Below are positions 54,738 to 63,537 of a stretch of DNA of 64,000 nucleotides, in pieces. The DNA is from Desulfurococcales archaeon (GTDB taxonomy: Archaea > Thermoproteota > Thermoprotei_A > Sulfolobales > Acidilobaceae), in the NCBI GenBank assembly GCA_015521185.1, contig WAOS01000018.1, positions 2,007 through 66,006 on the forward strand, written 5' to 3'. Every line of letters starts with the position of its first letter. Positions within the stretch are counted from its first letter, which is position 1. A program made the translations under genes and the position numbers. The notes under the pieces are model-generated. The model worked only from the letters and a program-made list of their open reading frames with translations, had not been told where the DNA came from and searched no databases.

Positions 54738-55286
54738 ATGAGGCTTGCACGCTCCCCCTACCTCGCTCGGGCCCCCATGCTCTTAGCGATGAGCCCCTTC
54801 GTAGCTGCTCTGTCACTCTTCTTCGAGGGGAACGCGTCATACATCCTGGCTATCACAGCACTGAGCATCGGCGTCTTAGGCGCCATACTGGAGTACGTGT
54901 TCCTCCTCGTAGTTTCAGTTATTCGCGACTCTAGAAAGCGCGGCTCGCCAGGTCTACTCTCCCTCTTCTGGCCAGCCCTTTCCATAGGCCTGTACGCCAC
55001 GGGCGTAGGCATAATACTCGCGAGAAACATATCGCGGTCCGCTCTCGAGTACTGCTACGAAGAGTACGCTGCGAACGCGGGATGCAGGTCGCCCTCCTCC
55101 GCCCTCCTCCTTGTAACGCTAGGAGCGGCACTAGCCGGGTTTCAGGAGTGCGTCACGTCAAGACTCGCCGCCTCGCCCTGCGCTGTCTCTTATGAAAGGC
55201 CTGTAGATCTCGGCGCCGTGGGCTATGAGGGGGAGGAGGAGCCGGGGGACCCTGATGCTCGTGTCGAGGACGACTCTCCAGGTTGA
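54738..55286 (+). CDS. Hypothetical multi-pass membrane protein
   Basis: It has 4-5 hydrophobic segments. Trimmed to ATG 54738. The acidic C-terminal tail overlaps the convergent FdhE-like gene by 129 nt. Confidence 0.45.
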   Translation: MRLARSPYLARAPMLLAMSPFVAALSLFFEGNASYILAITALSIGVLGAILEYVFLLVVSVIRDSRKRGSPGLLSLFWPALSIGLYATGVGIILARNISRSALEYCYEEYAANAGCRSPSSALLLVTLGAALAGFQECVTSRLAASPCAVSYERPVDLGAVGYEGEEEPGDPDARVEDDSPG

Positions 55287-55910
55287 ACCGCACTTTTGGC
55301 ACCAGGCTAGGCCGAGGCGCTTCGTTTTCTTCCCGGAGAAGATCCCTACAGAGAGAGCGTCACTATTCCCGCAATAGGGGCAGACAAGCCTTCCCTCCGA
55401 GACCAGCCATTTGTAACCGCAGAAGGGGCAGATCATGTAGTACTTCTCGTCCCCGCCAACCTGCATAGTCTTTGAGAGCGCGCCGCACACAGGGCAGACA
55501 GGGCTGACATGCTTGATAATGCCGTTTGAGTCCTCGTATAGCTTAGCCTTCAGCCTGGCGAACGCTTGCACGACGACTAGGGCAGAGCTGAATCCGGGCA
55601 CGCTTGTGTCGCCCGTGTAGAACGCCTCTAGTGCTCTAGCAGGCTCCACGCTTTCCTCGCCCATCCTCTCAGCAACCTCTAGAATGAGCCTCTCAACCCT
55701 GTCTCTAAGCCTGGCCAGCGCCCTTTCCAGCGGTTCCGCCTCCAGGACTCTAACTATGCTCTCCTCAGACCGCAGCCTCTCAATTATTTCCAGCTCGATA
55801 CTCTCGACCCTGACGGCAGCGTCATAGTCGATCTCGCCCCCTCTGAGCAAGTGCTTATACCTGTGTATGGCAGCCTTGAACTCCTCAATACCCTCCGGAC
55901 CTGTACTCAA
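55158..55910 (-). CDS. FdhE-like four-CxxC (rubredoxin-type) protein
   Basis: CPVCG...CPFCGYKW...CPYCG...CQKCGSTW is collinear with the E. coli FdhE C-terminal half. The track ORF extends to 55985. TTG 55910 forms a TTGA start/stop overlap with the upstream gene. Confidence 0.6.
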   Translation of the reverse strand: MSTGPEGIEEFKAAIHRYKHLLRGGEIDYDAAVRVESIELEIIERLRSEESIVRVLEAEPLERALARLRDRVERLILEVAERMGEESVEPARALEAFYTGDTSVPGFSSALVVVQAFARLKAKLYEDSNGIIKHVSPVCPVCGALSKTMQVGGDEKYYMICPFCGYKWLVSEGRLVCPYCGNSDALSVGIFSGKKTKRLGLAWCQKCGSTWRVVLDTSIRVPRLLLPLIAHGAEIYRPFIRDSAGRGGES

Positions 55911-57004
55911 GACTCTAGCCAACCCCCTCTCCGGACCGGGCTGGTGAAGGGTGAAGCGGCCAGCTTTAGATAGTAGGTTATACACTCGAGCTCCCCATCA
56001 TATATATGGTGGGGCATTACCGCGATTCTCACGCCCCGGCCTCCAACGCAGGAGTATGCTTTCACTCCTATCCTCTGTAGGGAGAGATGTATCTCGCGGC
56101 CTAGCTTGTGTTGCAGGCACATTATAGGAGTCTCGATCTTACGGGTAGGAGTGTACCCGTAGGGCTCTAGCTCCCCAATTATCTGGTCGGCTGCTCGCAT
56201 AAGTGCCGCGGCCATGCCTTTGAAGGATCCGTAGGTCTGCTCGAGATAGTGCAGTGAGGCGTGGGCGGCGAAAACTGGGCATCCAGGCCTAGAGCCGAGG
56301 ACTCCGAACTGGCTGCCGCTAGGGATATATGGCGCCTCGAAGTATAGCTCGTTTATCAAGTCTTCTCCTGCCAGGATCACGCCGAGGGGCATGGGGGCCT
56401 CTCCCAGCTTGTGGAGATCGACCGCCACGCTCCCCATAGGCTCTTCTAGCCTCAGCCGGACCGGTCGGGGGAGCCACTTCATTACTAGCCCCGCGAAGGC
56501 AGCGTCGACGTGGACGGGGACGCCTCTTCGCCCCGCTATTTCCAGAGCCTCCTCGACAGGGTCGATCCTGCCCTCCTCCGTTGTTCCCACGGTGAGGACT
56601 AGAACGTCCCTATCGTCGAGCCCACTGCTGAGAGCGTCCAGCATTTGCTCCGGATCTCCTGGAACCGTCCTTATCTCCATACCTAGTAGGCTCGCGGCTT
56701 TCCTAACACTATAATGAGCGGTCGCCGGAGCAACAACCCTGCGCCTGCCCTTCCTCCTCCAGTAGTATAGGGCCAGAATGTTGGCCTCTGTCGCCCCGCT
56801 GGTAAACCCTGCACTAGCTTCGCCGTCAACTGTTATCCCTATAACCTTCTCGAGAAGCGTGCGCGCGGATTCTATCAGGCCCGGGTAGGAGCCGGGGTCT
56901 CCGAGGTTAGTGTGGAGTGTCGCCTTGCAAGCCCTCCGAGCCGGCTCGGGCGGCTTAGAGATCATAGCCCCTATCACGCTGAGGCGCCTAACACATCCTC
57001 CCAC
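55907..57004 (-). CDS. mfnA: PLP-dependent group II decarboxylase, MfnA-like (tyrosine/aspartate decarboxylase)
   Basis: Contains FTSGATEANILAL, VHVDAAFAG, and the PLP-lysine motif SVAVDLHKLG. Confidence 0.8.
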   Translation of the reverse strand: MGGCVRRLSVIGAMISKPPEPARRACKATLHTNLGDPGSYPGLIESARTLLEKVIGITVDGEASAGFTSGATEANILALYYWRRKGRRRVVAPATAHYSVRKAASLLGMEIRTVPGDPEQMLDALSSGLDDRDVLVLTVGTTEEGRIDPVEEALEIAGRRGVPVHVDAAFAGLVMKWLPRPVRLRLEEPMGSVAVDLHKLGEAPMPLGVILAGEDLINELYFEAPYIPSGSQFGVLGSRPGCPVFAAHASLHYLEQTYGSFKGMAAALMRAADQIIGELEPYGYTPTRKIETPIMCLQHKLGREIHLSLQRIGVKAYSCVGGRGVRIAVMPHHIYDGELECITYYLKLAASPFTSPVRRGGWLES

Positions 57005-57059
57005 TGCTCGCTTCCCCGGGAGAGACCCGAGGAGAAAGGGGAGGTGGTACAGGAGGAGA

Positions 57060-58508
57060 TTATAGAGCTAGCAGGAAAAGTATAGGGGCTATGAAGCCCA
57101 GGGCAAGTATTAGGGTTGCAGCAACAAGTAGTGAGGCTTCTACTGAGGGGTCTATGCTGGGCGGCTCTCCTTCCGGCTCTCCAGAGAGTACGTCCCTCGC
57201 GAATCTAGCGTAGTACCCGCTGCTTATGGCGCTGTTCAGGAATGCAGCAACTACCAGGATTACCGAGTACCCTGCGGCTGCTATGAACATGAAGAGCTTG
57301 CCCCAGAACCCTAGCATGGGGGGCATACCTAGTAGGCTTAGCAGTAGTATGGCTGTGGCTGCTGAGGCTCTCGGGCTCGTGCTCCTTAGGCCCCTTAGGC
57401 TCGCGATCTTGTCGGCGCTCTCTGTTAGCGGGAAGAGCGCTGACTTGGCTATCCCGTAGGCTGCCGCCTGGACAGCGATGGCTGCCATTGCATACTTAGC
57501 GAAGTCGCTATTGCTCGGGGCAAAGTAGGCTAGGGCTGCGATAGCCGCCAGGATATAGCCGACCTGTGCTATGCTGCTGTAGGCTAGGAGCGCCTTCAGC
57601 CTGTCTGTTGTTAGAGCGGCAATGTTTCCATATGTCATCGTGGCCACGGCTAGAACGGCTAGTACGGCTGCGGCCTTGTTTACTGCTAGCGGGCTGGCCA
57701 CTGCGAGGATGTTGTGGCCTGCTACGGTCCCGCCGGCCATTAGGTATAGAGTGCGGGCGAGGAGGGCGATGAAGCCTAGCTTTATTATTGATGCTACTAC
57801 CGATATTACTCTTCCCTCAGCCCTGCCATACACGCTTGGCAGCCACCAGTGGAACGGCACCACGCCCGTCTTGAAGCCTACCGCTGCTATCACTGACATT
57901 AGCGCTAGGCCCGAGAGGCTTGTGTCGGTTAGCACTGAGATCGCGAAGGGGGAGAGGTTCTCCGTCGTGCTCACCATACTGTTGAACGCTACCCATAGTG
58001 CGAGGAAGAGCGTGGCTATCGCTCCTAGGAGTATGTAGCGGACCGCTGCGGCCCTGCTCTCCCGGTCATAGGGGAGAGCTACGTATACGTAGGCTAGGAC
58101 TGATAGGAGTAGCCAGCTGGCTATTACTGTGAACGTGTCAACCGCGCCGGAGACCACGAAGACGCCTAGAAGTACTAGGGGGAGCAGACTGTAGAACGCT
58201 GGGCTGCTCGGCCACTCTAGAGGTGCTTTACCGCTAGCTAGGAGGCTTATCGCGGCTGCAAGGCTTGCAGCGAGCGCTATGAAGCTCGTGAACCTGTCAT
58301 GTACTACGGCTCCCCCGAAGAACTCGATCGGGCTTGACGCTGCGTAGAGCATTATGGAGTTCGCCGCTATTGCCGAGAGCACCGCGATCCAAGCCAGGCC
58401 TTTGTAGACCCTGTTATGCTTCCCACCTACTAGGGATAGGGCTGGGATAGTGATGGCTAGCCCGACTATGATGTAGTATAGGGTTTCCACCGCCATTATC
58501 CATGTCAT
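57060..58508 (-). CDS. nuoN: NADH-quinone oxidoreductase subunit N (ND2-like antiporter subunit)
   Basis: A 14-TM-type protein with VPFHWWLPSVYGRAEG and LAYSSIAQVGYIL. Confidence 0.88.
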   Translation of the reverse strand: MTWIMAVETLYYIIVGLAITIPALSLVGGKHNRVYKGLAWIAVLSAIAANSIMLYAASSPIEFFGGAVVHDRFTSFIALAASLAAAISLLASGKAPLEWPSSPAFYSLLPLVLLGVFVVSGAVDTFTVIASWLLLSVLAYVYVALPYDRESRAAAVRYILLGAIATLFLALWVAFNSMVSTTENLSPFAISVLTDTSLSGLALMSVIAAVGFKTGVVPFHWWLPSVYGRAEGRVISVVASIIKLGFIALLARTLYLMAGGTVAGHNILAVASPLAVNKAAAVLAVLAVATMTYGNIAALTTDRLKALLAYSSIAQVGYILAAIAALAYFAPSNSDFAKYAMAAIAVQAAAYGIAKSALFPLTESADKIASLRGLRSTSPRASAATAILLLSLLGMPPMLGFWGKLFMFIAAAGYSVILVVAAFLNSAISSGYYARFARDVLSGEPEGEPPSIDPSVEASLLVAATLILALGFIAPILFLLAL

Positions 58509-58514
58509 TCCGTA

Positions 58515-60599
58515 TCACCTCCACGCGAGATAGAGGAAGAGCATCAGTGTCGAGGCGAAATAGATGTATAGCATTAGGTAGTAGTCGCTCCGGCCGCGAT
58601 GGAGCGCCCGCAGACCTGCGGCTCCTAGAGCGAAGAGTACTGGGATAGCGGCGTGATACGCTAGGTCGATTATGTGGTCTATTCCTCCGAGTATTATCGA
58701 GAGGCCAGCGAAGCCTCCGACTATTACGATATATATTATCGAGTTTATGTACCACCTATCGTATAGGAAGTCGTGGATCCTCCTAGCCGTAACGTTCTCC
58801 CTGATGATCTTCACGAAGTCAACCTTCCACACCATGTACAGCAGGTAGACTATTGCCAGGTTAAGGCCTATCCACCCTAGGGTCGTGTAGGTCACACCTG
58901 TGAAGTGCAGCTGCAGAATGGTTAGGACCTCCTCGGCGCTCACGCCGATTCCTAGAGTGTCGCTAACTGCCTTGGCGACATCATGGGAGAACCACGGCCA
59001 GACCAGGCCGAGGACTAGCGCGGTTAGGGCAAGCAGTGCATACGGTACTAGCATGAGTGGTGGGGCCTCGTGGGGGTGCGCATGGGTCTCCTCTCTCGGC
59101 GGTAGGTGGAGAACTCTTAGTATCATCCTGAGCGTGTAGGCCGCGGTAAGGCCTGCAGTTATGACGCCTAGCGCCAGGACGCTGTAGAGGTGCGCCTCCT
59201 CAGCACTCTTCAGCGTTAGCTCCTTAGTGAAGAACCCGCTTAGCGGTGGTATGGCCATTAGGCTGAGCCCGGCTAGCCACAGGCTTACGGCTGTAACCTT
59301 CATGTACTTCGCGTAGTTGCCCATGTGATCGATGAACCTACTGTGCGCCACGTGGATAAGCCATCCCGCTATGAGGAATAGTGCCGCCTTGAATATTGCG
59401 TGGCTCATCAGGTGGGAGAGCCCGGCTACGACGCCTAGGCTCGCTGCCTCACCGGGCGCGAGGAGGCTTATTGCGGCCCCTGCCGCTGCCACGCCGATGA
59501 ACATGTATCCTAGCTGGCTAGCGGTTGAGTATGCAAGTATCAGCTTTAGCTCGTTCGAGACTAGAGCCATCGTGGCTAGCATGAACGCTGTTATGCCGCC
59601 GAGGATCGCTATGATAGTGAAGTAGCTCGCGAGCTGCCCGGCTACTAGGCTAGAGACTGCCGCTCCCAGAAGGAACACGGGCGCCATTCTAAGCATAAAG
59701 TACACTCCAGCCTTAACCATCGTTGCTGCGTGTATGAGCGCGCTAACGGGCGTCGGACCGGTCATTGCAGTGACAAGCCACTCTTGGAACGGGAACTGAG
59801 CGCTCTTGGCGAGCGCGCCCAGGGTGAACACTAGTAGCAGTGCAGTCAGGGCTCCCTTGCTGGCGAGCTCGACCATCCACCCACCAGCACTGGCCTGGGC
59901 TGCTAGCGCCGGTATTGAGAAGGTGCCTGCTAGGAGGTATAGCGCTGCCATGCCGATTATCATGCCTATGTCTCCTACCCTAGTGAAGAGGATTGCTCGT
60001 ACCCCGCTATGGCTAGGCGTGAAGTACATGGGTATGCCTAGCGCCTTCCTGCCGGGCACGCCGACCCACTTGTCCTCCTCGTCAGTGTACCAGTGGCCTA
60101 TGAGAGCGTAGCTCGCGAGACCAGTCCCCTCCCAGCCTACGAACATTAGCACTAGGTTGTCGGCTGTCACGAGTAGGAGCATGCTTGCAACGAAGAATGT
60201 GAAGAAGAAGAAGTATCTCTGGACGCCCCAGTCGCCTTTCATGTACTCGACGCTGTAGACCGCTATGAGGAAGCTTAGAACGCTCACTATTACCGCCATG
60301 AATGCTCCGAGCCCGTCAAGATAGACCCCTATTCCCACGTTCAACCATGCTATCCAGGGCTTGCTTGACGCCGCGTATATAGGTCCTTTAGCGAGTACCT
60401 GGTATAGCGCGTCGACAGCTATTGCAGCTGCAATGCCTATCGAGAGCACGCTTCCCCAAGCAAACACCTTCTCATTCTTGTAACCGAGGTAGTAGAGGAG
60501 AGCAAGTATTGCAGCTCCAAGATAGGGTATGCCCCATATCAGGGACCAGGGCATGAGGCTCGAATTCGCTTCCAGGATTAACCCGCTTGTCTCTATCAT
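58515..60599 (-). CDS. nuoL: NADH-quinone oxidoreductase subunit L (ND5-like)
   Basis: 694 aa with FVGWEGTGLASYALIGHW and SALIHAATMVKAGVYFMLR. Confidence 0.9.
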   Translation of the reverse strand: MIETSGLILEANSSLMPWSLIWGIPYLGAAILALLYYLGYKNEKVFAWGSVLSIGIAAAIAVDALYQVLAKGPIYAASSKPWIAWLNVGIGVYLDGLGAFMAVIVSVLSFLIAVYSVEYMKGDWGVQRYFFFFTFFVASMLLLVTADNLVLMFVGWEGTGLASYALIGHWYTDEEDKWVGVPGRKALGIPMYFTPSHSGVRAILFTRVGDIGMIIGMAALYLLAGTFSIPALAAQASAGGWMVELASKGALTALLLVFTLGALAKSAQFPFQEWLVTAMTGPTPVSALIHAATMVKAGVYFMLRMAPVFLLGAAVSSLVAGQLASYFTIIAILGGITAFMLATMALVSNELKLILAYSTASQLGYMFIGVAAAGAAISLLAPGEAASLGVVAGLSHLMSHAIFKAALFLIAGWLIHVAHSRFIDHMGNYAKYMKVTAVSLWLAGLSLMAIPPLSGFFTKELTLKSAEEAHLYSVLALGVITAGLTAAYTLRMILRVLHLPPREETHAHPHEAPPLMLVPYALLALTALVLGLVWPWFSHDVAKAVSDTLGIGVSAEEVLTILQLHFTGVTYTTLGWIGLNLAIVYLLYMVWKVDFVKIIRENVTARRIHDFLYDRWYINSIIYIVIVGGFAGLSIILGGIDHIIDLAYHAAIPVLFALGAAGLRALHRGRSDYYLMLYIYFASTLMLFLYLAWR

Positions 60600-60606
60600 C
60601 GCACCA

Positions 60607-62157
60607 TCACCCCCCGAGTACTATCCTAGCAAGGGTCTCCGCGCTTCCCTGAAGCGGGACGATGATTAGCGATACTACGAGGAAGAATACTACGCCGAGC
60701 ACCGCAAGCAGCACCACCGACTGTTTGAAACCGTCTGGAACAGACTCGGGTATGTCCTCTCTGGGTTTGCCATAAAACACTCTCTTCATCGTGATGAACG
60801 CATAGCCCGCGGAGACACCGTATGCTAGGAGCAGCGCGGTCGCCACAAGGATAACATTGTCCGCACTGACCGGCGGTATTGCCTTGACAACACCTAGAGT
60901 CACCAGGAGCTCGCTCCAGAGGCCTAGAGCCGGCGGCATACCGACTAGGTGGAGGAACCCTAGGAGGGCTGCAGCCGCAATTAGCGGGTACTTCCGGGCG
61001 AGTCCTCCCATGCGAGATATGCTTCTGAGCCCGTGTAGCTCGGTTATGAAGACTCCGGCCACTATGAAGAGCACTGCCTTGCCTATGGCGTGGGACAGGT
61101 AGTGTAGCATAGCTCCGCCTATTCCGAAGGCAGTTAGCGTTGCTATCCCGAGAAGCAAGTAACCCATCTGGCTGACGCTCGAGTACGCTAGGAACCTCTT
61201 GAAGTCGTCCTGCCTAAGGGCAACTAGACCGCCATACACTATGGTCACGATTGCAAGACCTATGAAGTAACTGCTGAGCTCCTTCATGATTCCGGGGAAC
61301 AGGGGTATTGCAAACCTAGCTAGAGCATAGCCGGCTATCCCAATCAGATTAGGCGATAAGAGCGCGCTCACGGGTGTTGGGGCCTCCGCGTGCGCGTATG
61401 GTAGCCACATGTGCACGCCGAATACCGCCATCTTTATGAGGAGCCCTAGGATTATCGCTGCAGCCGCTATCTTAGCAGCAGTCCCGATAACGCTTACTGC
61501 TGGGGCCACATAAGTTATGCCCTGAAGGGTACTGTAGCTCAGGACGTCGAAGCTTCCGCCCTTGACCCCATAATAGAGGACTCCCGCTATGAAGAGCGCT
61601 CCTGCTACGTGGGTCCAGATGAAGTATAGCAGAGATATCTTCCTGCGGTCACCGTAGCCGTAGTACGCGATGAGTAGGAAGGACGCTATCAGCGAGATCT
61701 CAAGGAACAGGTAGAACTCGATTAGGTTCGTCGATAGTGCCATTCCCAGCATGGTCACCGCGAAGAGGTTGTAAAGGAAGTAGTAGGTCCCCAGCCCGGG
61801 CGGGTTCTCCCCGTGAGCCTCCATCTCCTCAATACGGACACTCATGTACTTGTACGAGTAGTATGCTACAATACCTGTCACAATAGATATTCCGAGGACT
61901 ACAGGTAGTGATAGGCCGTCCATTAGTAGCTGGAACATCCCTATCTTGTATCGTGAGAGATCTATTTTCACGGTGTCAACGATAGGCGAGGCAACACTTC
62001 CGCTCGACCAGCTCGCGAGTATCACTCCAAACGGGATCAGGAGTGTCACCGCTGAGGCATACGCGATCCAGTATCCAGGCTTCTTCCTACCTAGACCCGC
62101 TAGACCGACTAGGACGGGAAGAATTATACTCGCACTCCAAACTAGTGGCGCTTCCAT
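60607..62157 (-). CDS. nuoM: NADH-quinone oxidoreductase subunit M (ND4-like)
   Basis: Contains FYLFLEISLIASFLLIAYYG, WLPYAHAEAPTPVSALL and LAYSSVSQMGYLL. Confidence 0.9.
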   Translation of the reverse strand: MEAPLVWSASIILPVLVGLAGLGRKKPGYWIAYASAVTLLIPFGVILASWSSGSVASPIVDTVKIDLSRYKIGMFQLLMDGLSLPVVLGISIVTGIVAYYSYKYMSVRIEEMEAHGENPPGLGTYYFLYNLFAVTMLGMALSTNLIEFYLFLEISLIASFLLIAYYGYGDRRKISLLYFIWTHVAGALFIAGVLYYGVKGGSFDVLSYSTLQGITYVAPAVSVIGTAAKIAAAAIILGLLIKMAVFGVHMWLPYAHAEAPTPVSALLSPNLIGIAGYALARFAIPLFPGIMKELSSYFIGLAIVTIVYGGLVALRQDDFKRFLAYSSVSQMGYLLLGIATLTAFGIGGAMLHYLSHAIGKAVLFIVAGVFITELHGLRSISRMGGLARKYPLIAAAALLGFLHLVGMPPALGLWSELLVTLGVVKAIPPVSADNVILVATALLLAYGVSAGYAFITMKRVFYGKPREDIPESVPDGFKQSVVLLAVLGVVFFLVVSLIIVPLQGSAETLARIVLGG

Positions 62158-62161
62158 CCTA

Positions 62162-62476
62162 CTACACCCCCTCCTCCTCCAGATCCGAGCTCGAGAGAGA
62201 CTTCGCTACTCTGTAGTACGCGGCGATCACGGCTACGAGCACTATTACCTCTCCGGATACAATGCTTACCAGGACTATCGTGAACCCGGTCAGGACGGCT
62301 GGAGGTATGGACGCGAGTATCACGACAAACAATAGTATAGAGTTGAACAGAACCTCTATCGAGAGTAGCTGGCGCAAGAGGTTCTTCGAGCCCGTCATGC
62401 CATACGCGGCTATCCCGGCCATTACAGCCGCGGTTGCTAGCGCTATCCCCGCTACCGCGGACTCATATACTGCCAC
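62162..62476 (-). CDS. nuoK: NADH-quinone oxidoreductase subunit K
   Basis: 104 aa with 3 TM segments and LLSIEVLFNSILLF. Confidence 0.88.
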   Translation of the reverse strand: MAVYESAVAGIALATAAVMAGIAAYGMTGSKNLLRQLLSIEVLFNSILLFVVILASIPPAVLTGFTIVLVSIVSGEVIVLVAVIAAYYRVAKSLSSSDLEEEGV

Positions 62477-62482
62477 TTCTGC

Positions 62483-62983
62483 TCACCCCTCCTCCTTCCT
62501 AGGGACGGCTATAGAGATCGCTTCGACGAGGGTGGCTGCTAGCGCTATGAAGAGGAGCGCTATCACGCCCGCGTGACTGCCGAGGAGAGCCTCGGCAACA
62601 CTCCTCACCTGAACAGTCTCCGGCTTTGCGTATCCCATATACGCGGCGAGAGTTCCTACTAGGAGCAGGCTCACTGTTATTACGGTTCCCCCGGCGAACA
62701 TTCCCAGCGACTCCTCCCTCTCTTCCCCAACGTCTCTACCGCCCAGCATCGATACGGTAATTATTATGAACATTACTGCTGCTCCAACATATACTACGAC
62801 TAGGAAAACAGCTACAAGATAATAGCCCAGAAGGCTTATCATCAGAGCGTTGAGCAGACCCAGGACCGCAAGAGACGCGCTAGAGTATACTAGGTCTTTG
62901 CCCCTCACTACCAAATAAGATACGTACATCATAGTGACTCCTAGAATTCCCGCAGCGAGCGGCAAGTACTCCTCGACCATCAC
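62483..62983 (-). CDS. nuoJ: NADH-quinone oxidoreductase subunit J
   Basis: 166 aa with VVVYVGAAVMFIIITVSML. It lies between nuoI and nuoK. Confidence 0.85.
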   Translation of the reverse strand: MMVEEYLPLAAGILGVTMMYVSYLVVRGKDLVYSSASLAVLGLLNALMISLLGYYLVAVFLVVVYVGAAVMFIIITVSMLGGRDVGEEREESLGMFAGGTVITVSLLLVGTLAAYMGYAKPETVQVRSVAEALLGSHAGVIALLFIALAATLVEAISIAVPRKEEG

Positions 62984-63522
62984 TCCTCACCCTCCACCCT
63001 CACCTTCACAAGGCCTTTCTTCTCGTCGAAAACATAGCGCACAGGTATACCCTCCTTCTCAGTCTTCCACTCCGGAGGCTTCTGGAACTTCTCTAGATCG
63101 GTCTCGGCCTCCTCCATTGTGTCCCAAACAACATCGTGATATGGCACGTGGTACAGAGCCTCGGTCGGGCACACATCAACACAGTAACCACAGAATATGC
63201 ACCTATTGTAGTTGATCACCGGCCATAGCTTCATCCTAGTGCGGCCCGTTTTAGGATCTGTGAAGGGTAGTCGGATGAGTTTCATAGCAGCTGCCGGGCA
63301 TATTCGCGCGCATGAGCCACAGTTAATGCACTTATCCTTTATCAGTACTATGAACCCTCTGTAGCCGTCCTTGAGCTTTATATACTCCTTCGGGTAGATC
63401 AGAGTGGACCGCTCAGGGTTGAAGAAGAACTTCACGCCTATGGTTATCGCTTCTATGTTACCCTTGAACCTGCTGAACACGCCTCTCGGGTGAACCCTCT
63501 TATGTACAGGCTGCGGCGGCAT
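62980..63522 (-). CDS. nuoI: NADH-quinone oxidoreductase subunit I (2x[4Fe-4S] ferredoxin-type)
   Basis: Contains CINCGSCARICP and CIFCGYCVDVCP. Confidence 0.92.
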   Translation of the reverse strand: MPPQPVHKRVHPRGVFSRFKGNIEAITIGVKFFFNPERSTLIYPKEYIKLKDGYRGFIVLIKDKCINCGSCARICPAAAMKLIRLPFTDPKTGRTRMKLWPVINYNRCIFCGYCVDVCPTEALYHVPYHDVVWDTMEEAETDLEKFQKPPEWKTEKEGIPVRYVFDEKKGLVKVRVEGEE

Positions 63523-63537
63523 CCCATTTCCACCTCC

